Origin: Octopus sinensis | Taxonomy: Eukaryota | Direction: 5' to 3' | NCBI RefSeq assembly: GCF_006345805.1 | Contig: NC_043004.1 | Span: forward strand, 28,148,001 to 28,212,000 | Length of the DNA stretch: 64,000 bases | Shown: piece by piece, positions 13,466-27,243 of the stretch | Numbering within the stretch: position 1 is the stretch's first letter | Layout: every line of letters starts with the position of its first letter | Made by a program: the position numbers and the translations under genes | Notes under the pieces: generated by a model | Seen by the model: the letters and a program-made list of their open reading frames with translations, nothing else | What the model was told of the DNA's origin: nothing | Database searches by the model: none

Positions 13466-14257
13466 CGTACAGGGGTTTAGTTCATAAGTGATCTAAACGA
13501 TTAGGTACACTAGGTAAGTGCTGTAACGGATCGCTGGGGCTCCAAGGCTATAACCGAGACGGTTGTTATGGTGCCATAGCAGATTTTTGATGCAGCGAAT
13601 ATATAACTGTTAAACAAGACAGCAAACATTAAGGCAAGGCAAACATCTCAAGTTGTATGCAATATTGTTATAGGAAGAAATTCAAATTCTTACAGCTGTT
13701 TCTGAGATATCTCCGAGTATAGGATATATTCCGTCATGAGAGACAAATAGGGAGAACAAAGGGAAAATGAAAATGGTATATATCAATAAGATGACGACAT
13801 AGAGGAAAGGAGCAAAAGAATAAGGAGATGGAAGGAAAGAAGAAAAAGAAGCAGCATAAAAGTTTATAGTTCAATTTCCGAAGTTATGGAAACCAGAGCA
13901 GGATTGTACCTAAGGACTTACGCTCACGGTTCTACGCAGAATTGCACCTAAGGATTCATGCTCTGGTTTCTCAAACTTCGAAAGTTGAACTATGAAATTT
14001 TATGCTTCTTTTTCTTCTTTTTTCCTTCTCCTTATTCTTTTACTCTCTTCCTCTATCTCGTCCTCTTAATATATACCTTTCTAATTTTCCTTATTTTTTC
14101 CCCTATTTGTCTCTGATGACGAAATATCCCATACTCAAGGATATCCCAGAAGCAGCTATACGAATTTGAATTTTTTAAATATAATTTCTTCAAATAATAA
14201 TATTATAAACAACTTTATATGTTTGTCTTGCCTTAATGTTTTCTGTCATGTTTAACA
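13466..14257. mobile_element. Penelope-like pLTR fold-back element: ~310-bp inverted arms (13608-13915 and 13947-14257), each with a degenerate hammerhead
   Basis: The arms are reverse complements by eye; hammerhead motifs CTGATGA (14113) and GAAACAGCTGTA (minus strand, 13691-13702); a related copy lies at 63281-63655. Confidence 0.75.
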
Positions 14258-14585
14258 ATCACACATACACACACATACACACACACACAACACACACACA
14301 CACACACACACTCACATACACACACACACACACACACACACATTCAAATACATGCATCTACTCACATTACGTACATTATATATACAAATGTGTATGTGTT
14401 TTCATGTATGATTGTAACATGATGGTTTTTCAAATCTTTAACTGTATAGTTTGGTCTTAACTAAAACGCAAATTGTTAACAATTTAAAACTACGTAAAGT
14501 GATTTCCAGAAGCACGAAATCCGTAACCTGAGGTAGCCGTAAAACACCTGTTGCCTGTATATGAACTCTCTCCCTTTTTCTTTCT

Positions 14586-14630
<45 letters not shown>

Positions 14631-15450
14631 GTTTCACTCTGTCTATATGTATGCATTAGCATTTATTCGTAAATGTTTATTTTATATGTATTCATAAATA
14701 TATATTTCCATTTATACACAGAATTACAAATATAGATACACACACAGCAAAACATAATCTTTGTACAATCATGCACTTAATTGTTTTTTCTTGCATAGTT
14801 TTGCAAATTCTCATACTGGTGCGAGTGCTTCTACTAAAACATAACCTTTTAGGCCGCTATGCACGCAGTACACCTATACACTTAGCAAATAGACGTTGTA
14901 TAAACACGAACGCAAGTAACCTCAACAGCACATGCATACCGTAACTCTATCATACAGGTTAAATATGAAGTCACTCTCAGATATCCGCAAACGTGCACGC
15001 ATAAACGAGCACCCCATCCATACACACACAGACACATGCGCATATCCGTAGCTCGCATAGTAAAACGTAAGCCACACTCACACAAATAAATGCTGCATGA
15101 CATGCTTCAATGATGATACATTCCTCACAAGAGCTCAGAACCGGTCACTAATCGTTATCGATGTGAAGTGTTAAATCCTCATCTTATCGTTTTCTATTTA
15201 AGCTGTTCTCTAGGTGAAGAGAGACTATTTAATACGTCATTAAGTCACATACCTTAGCACAGATGTCTGCTATTGTTAGCTCACTGATATTGTAATAAGT
15301 GACTAATTTTAAAAAATGCAATTAAAAACAAATTTAAACTTCAGATTTAAAAATCACATTATTCCGCATTTCAATTCAATGTATCATACAGTGTGTAATA
15401 CTACTGCTTTTTAATAACCACTTGTTACAAAGCAGATGGGATCAGGCACC

Positions 15451-15469
15451 ATGCACTTAATTGCATTAC
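15451..15469 (+). CDS. Candidate coding exon 1 of a cryptic receptor-like gene (MHLIAL+C)
   Basis: Kozak-like GGCACCATG and donor C|GTAAGA; joined to exon 2 it gives the hydrophobic signal-peptide-like MHLIALLMSFTYTLHSSA. Confidence 0.5.
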
Positions 15470-15726
15470 GTAAGAAATTGTACAGTAATTAAGAAACAAC
15501 TATATTATGGAAGAGACATATTACCATTAATGAACGCACTAAAACTATTACTATTCGTCACACATCTGTAACCTCATCACTGACACAACTTTACCGTGCC
15601 TGTTAAAAATCAATGGACTGGACAGCTACTATAATATTTGGAGTTTTATATTTCTTCTGAACAACAACAACTATACAATTCGCTTTTTATTTTAAATTCT
15701 GCTTTGATTTCTTCAATGGAAAACAG

Positions 15727-15848
15727 TAATGTCTTTTACATATACTCTTCATTCTTCTGCTGTTCATCTTACGCGTCAGTGTGTGATGAGAAGACCAATC
15801 AATGATAACACTTTCAAACTGATCGTCTCTCGAGACAGCTTTACTAGA
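15727..15848 (+). CDS. Candidate exon 2 (122 nt, phase 1 to 0): LMSFTYTLHSSAVHLTRQCVMRRPINDNTFKLIVSRDSFTR
   Basis: Pyrimidine tract and AG at 15725-26; open frame; strong donor AGA|GTAAGT. Confidence 0.6.
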
Positions 15849-16936
15849 GTAAGTTCCGCTGAAAACTCCAGCTTCAACTCATTTAGTCATTAACTTAAAG
15901 AACCACTCTTTAGTTATACAATGCTTTTGCGACTCAGAACGGTGAGCTGTACTTTCACAAGCAACTAATTGACAAAAAGATAGACTGAATCATAGAGTAT
16001 AACAGTGATAACCAAATACAGCTCATATGGTTAATAATCCACCACCAACGATCTCTCCTTCGGATGGCATCCTATACACTGCTGAGTAGGTGAGCAGCAA
16101 CACTAAAGATTTATCATTCAACACTGTTGATAAGTTCAGCTGTAGTACAAAACGTTTGTCACTCAACAAATATAACTTTGATGAATTGCTTAAAATCTCT
16201 ACGCATGATAACTTACCGAATCAAATTTTCTGTAAACACCTTTGAAATTAACACTTAATTATGCATAATTATGTCTCCTTAGTTGCTTTGTTGATTGGTT
16301 AAGAAGTTCGTTCCGCAAAATATTATCTATAAATTCGAGTCAGCCCATATCCTATGAGTGCATTTAGCAGACAGAAATTGTATGGAAACCAATTGGCCAG
16401 GTAGATTATAACTGTAATTCTAAGGTACATTTCTGTCTCACGCTATGCTACGCTTATTTTAGGGTTATGGAATACTCAGTCACTTAAACATTGATTCAAT
16501 ATGAGGAAATTTATTTGATCGAATGATTTCAGCGTAAATAATCGAAAGATATAGAAATCCCTCTAGTTTTATGGAATCAGAATCAGTTGCTCTGCGAACA
16601 CTGACGAAGCTTCAGGGACAAAGCAAATTACAAGAGAAGTTTAGTATTTTAGAAAATTCTAAGAAATTGCAAATAACTGAATTGAATCAAAGATGTATAT
16701 TTTTACCTCTGTGAGGATTGCTGCAACTAATACGTTTGTTTCTATTTCCTTCCAAAAGATACCACTATACACCACATCTTTTGTTTATGTTTCCTGTTCC
16801 CAATAGCACCACCGATTGTATATATACACCCTTGTTGCTTTGTGTCAATTTAGATAGAAAGTATATTTCCTGATTTCATTTATTATCTTTGGTATTTCTC
16901 TTGGGAAAATTACAAACATATTTCTTTGCATTTCAG

Positions 16937-16947
16937 CCAGATGAACG
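16937..16947 (+). CDS. Candidate exon 3, 11-nt microexon (PDE+CG, phase 0 to 2)
   Basis: TTTCTTTGCATTTCAG|CCAGATGAACG|GTGAGT: strong acceptor and donor; phases match both neighbouring exons. Confidence 0.6.
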
Positions 16948-17812
16948 GTGAGTATGTTCAAACACAGACTTTCTAGTGGCTATGAAAAAAAAATGAAAAG
17001 AATTTAAGAAGTCTTAAGTGATAAACAGCAACACGGTTACAATGGTTGGTAGAAGAACTCTTAACAAACCATTAATCACAATTGATTGTTCTAATAAATT
17101 TGAAGTTGTGCTTAGACGGTGATTTTCTCCGGGCGGACGTTATCGAGACACAAATCAAATTACGACTACTACAGACAATGGTGGTTCTTACAAACTCAGG
17201 TGAAATTGACTTGTTAACAACAGCGAAGAAGTTTTATGTTTAAAACCCTAAATAAGAGACAATAGCAGGAATTAATCAAATCCAGTAATTAGCTAGTGCG
17301 ATAGTTATGTGTTCTATCATGCTGGCTACAAGTTAGACACATGAACTAAGTTAAAAGTGTTGGCATTGAAGATTAGAATAAAAGTGTACTAGTGAAATTT
17401 GTATGACCAATTGACAATTGGTGAATGAGAGGTGGCATTGATTGGTAATCTGATTCTGTGGTTCTGTGAGAGGTAGAAAAGAAGAGGAAATAGAAAACTG
17501 AGAGAAGCGAAGAGTAGGTATCCCCGCATTCTGCCGTGGCAGTGACGACAGTAGAATATACACGCAGGTAAATATTTTAGAAGAATAGTTTGGAAACACC
17601 TTTTCTACCTTTTGTAAGCTATCGTTAAATAAGAGCTGCTTTTCGTCGTCGTGAAGTATCTAACAAATGTAATGACGTGTATTGGAACATCAATATAGGC
17701 CCGTATTTGGTTGCTGTTACTCTGAATGACACCGGGGAGATAGTTACTTATTCCTTGACTAGTTCCTCTGTGATGAATATTTTTGCTTTGTTTGTTTCTA
17801 ATTATTTTCTAG

Positions 17813-17850
17813 AGCTGTGAATATTAATAATGTAAAATATAACATGCAGA
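17813..17850 (+). CDS. Candidate exon 4 (38 nt, phase 2 to 1): (R)AVNINNVKYNMQ
   Basis: Long pyrimidine tract TTTTCTAG| and donor AGA|GTAAGT; only the phase-2 frame is open, which is the frame the microexon delivers. Confidence 0.6.
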
Positions 17851-18209
17851 GTAAGTAAAAAAAAACCCGCCAAATTCCAGATAGAATATAGAATGTATCT
17901 ATTGGGGACAAGAAAAGCCATAAGCCATCGGTTATGACAGGTTATGAAGCGCAAAAAGGGCTATGACTTTTGCAATTCTCATAATTCAGAGAGAATTGAA
18001 GAATGATTAGGCTGCTATTGTATATATTCCATCTGTATAACAGACTTCTACCACTAATTGTTGAAGCACTCGACTCCGTGACAAACTGCCTCGATATCGC
18101 TCTTGAGAAGCAGGGATAAAAAGAAACAAACCAAAAAAAAAAAAAAAAAGGAAACAGAAGAAAACGAGCCTAATTAGAGGATTAAAGCTGATAACACGTG
18201 TCAACGGTA

Positions 18210-18963
18210 TTTTTCAAACATTCATTTCCGTTTGGCTAAACTGCTGAGGTGTTGATTTTTTGGTACTATAAGAAGGATCTTGGAGTTCTGAAGTAATTTC
18301 CTGCTCTTCGTTATGACTCTCGTACACTTGTTCATTAGCTGCTTCTCCAGAAGAGGTAAACGCAAAGAATACTGGAATCGAGAGTGTCTCAGGGTGCAAA
18401 ATAGATGGGTCTAATTGTTGAGAAGGAATATAGAGATAAGATATTTTACTCCTATTTTTCTTGCTGATGCCTTTTGTGTTGACTATACAAAAATAACAGT
18501 CACTCGTTTGGTCCCTATAGGAATTACAAACGACAGGCTCTTTTAGTTTCCTTTTGTACAGTCACAAAGCATTTCATCCCAGTTAAAATACACAGCATGA
18601 AGAGCCCATTTTTTTTTTGTCTTAGTCGCCTTGGAGAATTCCAAACAATGTAATATTGCGCCTTTGACAACTAAGTGTGATGGAGCCATAGACATAGCAT
18701 CAGGATTATTCACACATTTACGTCTACTTGAAGAAGCCATTATCAGAGCAAACACAATTATCAATTCTTTGTAAGTAGGATATATGTATCTCAATATGTC
18801 AAATTTAAGTATAAATGTATCAAAATTTAATCTTCAAATTGCAAGAAAATTAGAGCATGGTAAACAAAACCGATTACAGGTTTGAAATCAGTACAAAAAC
18901 GACAGTTAGAATCAGTAAAAACATCTCATACAACAGAACTTTTTTTTAAATTGTTGTCCAGTG
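18210..18963 (-). mobile_element. Second Chapaev3-like element, 5' fragment
   Basis: Terminus TCCAGTG|TAA at 18957-18966; MASSSRRKCVNNPDA..SDCYFCIVN..PQQFSQTEMN, with frameshifts. Confidence 0.7.
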
Positions 18964-20763
18964 TAATTGATAAAGTATTGAAGACGTTCACGTTCTTTAT
19001 GCCTATTTAAAAAAAAAAATTTTTTTAGCTGTTTTTTCCGTGTGTCCCTTTGGTGTCCCCTTGAAGTACATTTCTATTTGTATATGCTTATGTGTAGTAG
19101 ATATGCACACACATGTAGCATACCCTGAAACAAAAACACACCCTCATTTGCACATTGTACAGCGACATCTGTTGGGAACGAGAGTTGAATGGGAAATATA
19201 GGTGTGTGCGAAAGACATAGATGGAGACAAAACAGTGAAAATGTTTTAGATAGCCAAAATGTAGACAGGCCATGGAAGAAAGAATAACGGCAGGAAAACA
19301 ATTAAAATGGACTGTTTTGAAATAGTCTAAAAGCATTCAAAAGAAATTCTTAGAAAGTGCACATTGGAGAATGTAACCCTAAATATACTGTATGAAGAAG
19401 GGATTAACGTCATCGTTCAGTTCCCTAGAAAGAGCAGTGACATCTCCCTTAAATCCTATTTTATTTAACATCTTATAACAAACGGGCATACTGAACGGTA
19501 TTAGATCCTTTATATCTTTAGATAGTTACATGACTTCTTGGTAAAGCAGTGACATATTTCTCTAATCATGTCTGAGCATCTTCCAAAAACACTCACTATA
19601 TCTGAGAGGAACCTGTAGATACTTAAATGACCAGCTAGAAATAGTAGCCAAATCATCAGACTTTTGGAATAACGCATACATTGACTGGTGTAGATGTCAA
19701 CACAGTATATCTGAACAATGATTGTCTAGTCAGGACATCAAAGTCCTTCATGACTGGCCACATCTGTTAAAGTTGAAAACGAACGAATTGTTGATTTGTT
19801 AACTGATCACATACAATTCTTTTTAAGAAGACTGTATATGGTCTCACATTTTGCTAAAATAGCAGAAAAATCTCCCTAAAACCACACCTAAAACAACTAC
19901 TGTATGGACAACCTGTACGATATTGTTCAAGGTAAACTTATTCATATGGAAAGAGGCTTGAATGCCTTTGTCCTTATTTGTTCAGTTACGAGCGAACTAG
20001 GGCTAACCAACACCAACACCAACCACAACACTGATAACAACAATATAGTTAGCGCAATTTGCATTTTTTTTGTATGAGCCATAGATGATAGAGTGGAGCA
20101 GCAACTCTGCTGGAAATGAACTCATTATTGCTGCAAGGGATTGAAAGATGATGTCAAGGGAGTCACTAAAACTTTGTTGTTTTTTCATGTTCATCGCATC
20201 ACATAAAGCCACTTTTCTCCTAGTTGATTTCTCTTTCCCTCCCTCCCTTTTTTTTTGTAGTGTAGTGGGGTGGGGTTATAGAGAGGGAAGTTCTTATACG
20301 ACACTGCTAAGAACTCTCACAATTATCAATATTTCTCTGTTTTTGTTCTTTTCGATTTATTTTTCCTTTTATTCAGTTCTTTTGCAGTCATATATATATA
20401 TTTATTTACATTTATACTATTTATTCAATACATTTTTGTATTTGTTTATTTTATTTATCTAATTTCATTCTTTCCTGGCGGCAACCTATTATGTTAGATT
20501 GGCAAGCAATTAGACAAACTCTGAGGATTTGTCGACAGGAGATTTATGCTAGCAGGAGAAATAATCTGAGAGATAGAAAGGGGGAAAAGATGTGTAATGT
20601 GTGTATGTATGCCAGCGTATCTACTTGCACACATACATACACAGATATGTGTGTGTTTGTGTGCATGTCTGTGTATATGTGTGCTTGTAGAGTGATATTT
20701 TGATATTTTGATATTTTGGCATGTGTGTGCTTCTGTATGTTTTGCTTTTTGTACATGAGTGTG

Positions 20764-20815
<52 letters not shown>

Positions 20816-20847
20816 TGTGTGGGTGTGGGTGTATACATATATATATT

Positions 20848-20957
<110 letters not shown>

Positions 20958-21159
20958 CTGTGTGCATATGTATGTATAAGAGAGAGAGAGAGAGAGAGAG
21001 AGAAACAAACCGAAAAAAGAGAAAATAAGAGAAAATAAGACAGTGAGAAATATATGGTAATACTAACATGAATCTTTCTCTGTCACTTTCTCTCTCCAGC
21101 TTTTTCACACACAAGTGCGCGCGCGCACACAAAACACGCGCATACAAACACATATATGC

Positions 21160-21204
<45 letters not shown>

Positions 21205-21242
21205 CAAACGCACACACTAACATATAAACACATTTGTGTGTG

Positions 21243-21273
<31 letters not shown>

Positions 21274-21290
21274 GTCTATCTATCTATCTG

Positions 21291-21421
<131 letters not shown>

Positions 21422-22072
21422 GCATATATATATATATACATGCATAATATATATACACACATAATATATATTTATATATACACATATATACACAAGTGTA
21501 GAAATATAAATATGCGTGCTTGCATGTGTATGTGAGTATCAGCAGATAACGTAAAGAAAGTCTTCGTAATTCTACCTTTATATTTTTATATTTAATTTAT
21601 TATCAATATAAACGTTATCTATTCTGTAGCTATACCTCGTTGTAAATGCTAATTGCCATTGCTTGATGCAATGGAGATGGAGAGGCTTCGTTATGTCTAT
21701 ACGCATGCGTTTAAATCGTTTTTCATGAATAATGGATAAATTTATTAAATATATCGGTTTAACTGTTGCAGCAAGAACTAATTTTTAAATATTTTCTTAT
21801 GAGTATTAATTAAGAATGAATTAAGAGAATTCTATTCCAACGAAGGTGAATCTCATTAATTCAATGCCATTTTATTTCGAACAATTATCGAGTCATTTCA
21901 TGATTCATTTGGTGACATATATTTGTCCAAGCAACTAATAACGCATATGTAAGCTAATTGATATGCACACGATTTATTTCTTCACTGTTTGTTTTAATTT
22001 TGATTCTTCTCGGTTAGGTATAGATTAAATATCTAACTGACCCTAGCAGCCGCTTCATAATTTTATATGTAA

Positions 22073-22472
22073 CTAGCAGTATCGCCCGGCGTTGCTCGGG
22101 TTTGTAAGGGAAATAACTATATAAGCATTTTTAGAGAGTTATAGCCAAAAAAATAGCAAAAAAATGCATTCAAAATGGGAAAAAAATTATGGTAAATTTT
22201 TTTTTAAATCGTTGACTCATCGTAGACATTTTTAGAGAGTTACTTCCCTTATATAATAGCGAAAAAAATGCATTAAAATGGAAAAAAATGATGGTAAATT
22301 TTTTTTTAAATCGTAGACTCATCGTAGACGCGCGCTAATACCCAGAAGGGCTCGATATGAATCACGACTATAAGATACCCGGTTTTGGTTAAACTGCACC
22401 GCAAAATGTGGGAGTAGTTAGGAATCTAAATCGTAGGAGACAGACACACAACTTGACTTTTATATATAAAGA
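22073..22472 (-). mobile_element. Non-autonomous Helitron (400 bp, internal tandem sub-repeat)
   Basis: Minus strand: A|TC start, 3' hairpin CCCGAGCAACGCCGGG and CTAG|T end. Confidence 0.85.
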
Positions 22473-23162
22473 TATGTTACTGTTTTAGAAGTAACAAACG
22501 TTCGTTGCGAAGTTACTGTTGAATCGTTTCTGTAAACCTACGAGGGTGTAATAAACTCGGCGGTATCGGAGCTTAAATTCATTTGTTGTTCATTCGGCAC
22601 AATCCGTGGTGTTCTTATTATTGTTAAATTTGATTGTGACTGACTTAGTATCTAATTTTGCAAAAGAGTTATCTTTGGCAAACGTTTAGTTTATTTAAAT
22701 GGAAATCGTACTTTACGGTGGTGATGCTATTTGGTTTATTAATTATTCAAATTATTCATTACTGATAATATATGATAACATATTAGCCAAGTGTGTACGT
22801 GTTGAATAGCTAATTCTGAATATTTTATATTCTTTTGCCCGGGACAGAGGTGGAATCTTATAAGACGGAAAAATTATTTTCCAGTTGAGGTAGTGACATT
22901 GATTATGATGGATTAAACCGCGTAACATTTCTTTTGTGGTTCCTCTAACTAGGCTGTGGATGCTTATAATATTTAACGTTTTCTTTAAACTACTAGCTCT
23001 TACTACATTATTTACTACTCAACAAAGACATAACATTTTGCGTAAATGTGGAAGACAGTAATGACATTCTTGATTAAACAAAGTACATTTTGCTTTAGAG
23101 GTTTTTAATTAGTTTTATGGAGCCAGGCTCGTAAATATCAGCACAAGGATGATTCATAGCCT

Positions 23163-23194
<32 letters not shown>

Positions 23195-23227
23195 CATACA
23201 TACATACATACATACATACACACACAC

Positions 23228-23270
<43 letters not shown>

Positions 23271-23273
<3 letters not shown>

Positions 23274-23605
23274 GTGGTGGTGCCAAAAAGTTCCCGGACT
23301 AGTTCTATAGCGCACCAACAGATGGCAGCACATGGTTGCATGCGTAGTAAGAGCTAGCAGTAATCTTCATAGGACAGTGTGCCGAGCTGTGCTTACTCTC
23401 CTAATACGTGTGTGAATAGTCTTGTCTCCTTTACATTAATGCATCATATAGCAGTGCAATGCACCCTACTACATTACACACCAACAAAAGGCGCCTTACG
23501 TAAACACATCTCACAGACCTCATTCAGTAATCTTAAATTTACACATCACATAGACTCAACATACCACAGGCAAACACACACACACGCACACACACATACA
23601 CACAC

Positions 23606-23642
<37 letters not shown>

Positions 23643-23990
23643 CGTGGTGGTGCCAAAAAGTTCCCGGACTAGTTCTATAGCGCACCAACAGATGGCAGCA
23701 CATGGTTGCATGCGTAGTAAGAGCTAGCAGTAATCTTCATAGGACAGTGTGCCGAGCTGTGCTTACTCTCCTAATACGTGTGTGAATAGTCTTGTCTCCT
23801 TTACATTAATGCATCATATAGCAGTGCAATGCACCCTACTACATTACACACCAACAAAAGGCGCCTTACGTAAACACATCTCACAGACCTCATTCAGTAA
23901 TCTTAAATTTACACATCACATAGACTCAACATACCACAGGCAAACACACACACACGCACACACACATACACACACACTCTCACACACACA
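23271..23990 (+). repeat. Tandem duplication (period 370) of a unit that begins with a mariner-like terminus
   Basis: The non-microsatellite part (23271-23573 versus 23641-23943) looks identical by eye; each unit starts TA-CGTGGTGGTGCCAAAAAGTTCCCGG directly after (TA)n. Confidence 0.85.
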
Positions 23991-24053
23991 CACTTGCATT
24001 TAGATATAACTACTTACTTGATATGCACTCAAAATGATAAATAATCCATGTCA

Positions 24054-24343
24054 TCTATATATATAAAAGTGAAGTTGTGTGGTGTCAGTCTCCTACGATT
24101 TAGATTCCTAACTACTCCCACATTTTCCGGTGCAGTTTAACCAAAAGCGAGTATCTTATAGTCGTGATTCATATCGAGCCCTTCTGGGTATTAGCGCGCG
24201 TCTACGATTTTAAAAACAATTTACTATCATTTTTTCCCATTTTTAATGCATTTTTTGCTATTATATAAGGGAAGTAACTCTCTAAAAATGCTTATATAGT
24301 TATTTCCCTTACAAACCCGAGCAACGCCGGGCGATACTGCTAG
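24054..24343 (+). mobile_element. Non-autonomous Helitron (290 bp), same family as 22073-22472, opposite orientation
   Basis: A|TCTATATATATAAAAG start; hairpin plus CTAG|T end. Confidence 0.85.
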
Positions 24344-24584
24344 TCTTATATACAACAAAGAAACCTATACATTCATTTTCACCATGTCACGCAACATTCA
24401 TACACATGCGCACAGCTATCCCTCATTTACCATAAACGAGTTCAATACATCCATACCGCTCCATAAATTTATTACATCTCTCATATTCGCAAGCATATCC
24501 ATTAGCATGCATACGGATGTTTGACTATATATGTGTGTGTTTGCGTATGCATGTGTGAATTTATATGATTGTGTATATATTCTT

Positions 24585-24808
24585 TTACTCTTTTACTCTT
24601 TTACTTGTTTCAGTCAATTGACTGCGGCCATGCTGGAGCACCGCCTTTAGTGGAGTAAATCGACCCCGGGACTTATTCTTTGTAAGCCCAGTACTTATTC
24701 TATCGGTCACTTTTGCCGAACCACTAAGTGACGGGGACGTAAACACACCAGCATCGATTGTCAAGCAATGCTAGGGGAACAAACACAGACACACAAATAT
24801 ACACACAC

Positions 24809-24871
<63 letters not shown>

Positions 24872-25030
24872 TACGACATGCTTCTTTCAGTTTCCGTCTA
24901 CCAAATCCACTCACAAGGCATTGGTCGGCCCGAGGCTATAGCAGAAGACACTTGCCCAAGATGCCACGCAGTGGGACTGAGATGGGAACCATGTGGTTGG
25001 TAAGCAAGCTACTTACCACACAGCCACTCC
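24585..25030 (-). mobile_element. SINE family B (tRNA-like head, internal microsatellite)
   Basis: Reverse complement of TGGCTGTGTGGTAAGTAGCTTGC..CTTGGGCAAGTGTCTT..(TA/TG)n..CCAGCATGGCCGCAGTC..(AAAAGAGT)n tail. Confidence 0.85.
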
Positions 25031-25650
25031 TATTGGTATATTTACATATATGTATATTTGCATTCATATTATATTGCAGGACTCACTGTTGGTTAAATAG
25101 GTAAACCAATTATATATTGTTATATGCAATTTAACATATACATACGTGGCACATCACTATGCACAAACGCAACGATGGTTTGAGTTCCCTTGCTCCCCAT
25201 TTTCATTCTCTTCCCCAATCGTTCTTTTCCTTTTGTTTCTCTTTCTCCTTCTCTCTTCCCTCTTTGTTTGCCTCTCACTCTCTCCCACTCTTACGTCTTT
25301 GTTCATCTCTCTCTCTTTCTCGCTCTCTGTCCCGTTCTCTTTTTCCTAATTACGGCCAGTATGATCCAGATTTTGTGTCCGCTATCCCACTCTCCATTTT
25401 CCTTTTTACACTAAGCTTGCAATATAACCGAATGCCGTAAACTTGTTATCTTTTGTAAATCGTTTTCTCTTACTTTTCTTGTTTCGTTTCCTTCTCAATG
25501 ATTCAGGGTTTAACACGAAAGTCAGATACTTTCTATTCCTTTCATTGATCTGCTTTCATGGTATATTCATTATACACATTTTTTGTTGTTGTTTCATTTC
25601 ACATTCTACACGTTTTTCTCAACTAATTTCATAAATATTGTCTTGCTCTA

Positions 25651-25743
<93 letters not shown>

Positions 25744-27042
25744 GTAAGTAGATAAAAACAAATAAATAAATTAAATTAAATTAAACGAACGTGAATAAAC
25801 ATGGGATACTGATAATGCAGGTACCATACACATTCCCCCACATACACACACTGCGTGCGTGTGTGTATATACACGTGCACACACATATATATGTGCATGT
25901 GTGTATATGTGTGTATGTAAATATGTATGCATGTATATATGTCCACATGCGCGAACGCACACATAAAGCTGATGCTGTGGGGTGGGTGACAGAGACTTCA
26001 GAGTATAATTTGGTGCTTAATTTTGTAAGAAAATTATTAGGAAGATATATACATTATATATAACCAATTAATACATGCTGTAATTAATGATATTGATAAT
26101 TACTTTATGGTAATGAGTCGAATTTTAAATGCAACTAATTATGTTAGGTCTTTTTGAGGGGAATAAAAAGGAGAGAAGCCTGCTTGTTTGCTTGTGTGAT
26201 ATTTATATAAAACATTCAAAGATTAAAACATTAAAAATTAACGTTTATATAAATACCTTTTCATCAAATGCACTTCAAATACAAATACGTTAGACAAAGA
26301 CATCATAACCACATACATCTAGAACTATATACATCGCTTTTGATACACCTTCCCATAAATTATAGATGAAAAGTACATCCGAAGAAACCTTTAATACACG
26401 GTACCGCTCGTATGATAGAGTGAACGTTCACTATACTAGCCTTTCCCCTTGTTATTCTCCCCTAAAAACACCGTCAGTTACTCTATATAATAACAAACAT
26501 TATAATTATTTGCTTTTAAAATTCGCTTTATCATCATAAAATAATTGCCAATATGAAGGATAATATGTTTTAATTAATCGTATATCATGTATAATCTTTC
26601 TCCCTAATAATTCTCTCACAAAATTAATTACCCAAATCCTACTCTGCCTGTAATTAGACAAAATATCACTGATATATAACTGATGTTAATATATTAATTA
26701 CTACAGCGATAACCGTATCCACCACCCACTTAGCGGAAACAAGTGCAGGTGTAAACATATAAACATAATTCTGTCAAAATACAGTTGTAAACATAACTGT
26801 TTATAAAATATTACCGGGTGACTATTCCTTTACTTATAAAGACAGACCTACTTTGGAACTCATAAAAATGGAATTTATGTACTTGATCTCTAGAGGTGCG
26901 GTATGCCATTACACTTTTTTAATTTTATTTTACATGGACACGAGTTTGTTAAATATGGAAATGTTTCCCAGCAGATGCTCACTGTCTGACGTCGGTATGA
27001 GGATCTGTGTATGATTTTTGTTTTGTGGTTCATACTCTAATT

Positions 27043-27243
27043 CAGTGGTTTTCAACCAGGGTTCCGCAAGTACTGTCCAGGGGTTCCGCAAGAAGTTACA
27101 AAACTGCTAAAATCGGCAGTAATTTTTAATTCTCCTGTGAAAATATGTGTGCATAAGACTATTAAATTATTGCACAGGGGTTCCTCGAGCCAGTGGAATG
27201 CTTCCTTGGGGTTCCGCTCCAGCAAAAAGTTTGAAAAGCACTG
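27043..27243. mobile_element. hAT-type MITE (201 bp)
   Basis: TIRs CAGTGGTTTTCAA / TTGAAAAGCACTG; 8-bp TSD CTCTAATT / CTCTAACT (7 of 8 match). Confidence 0.85.

Noticed and set aside
16601-16640. CTGACGAAGC..GCAAA hammerhead-like motif
   Set aside because: G12 and the stem III/cleavage triplet are missing; too decayed to call.
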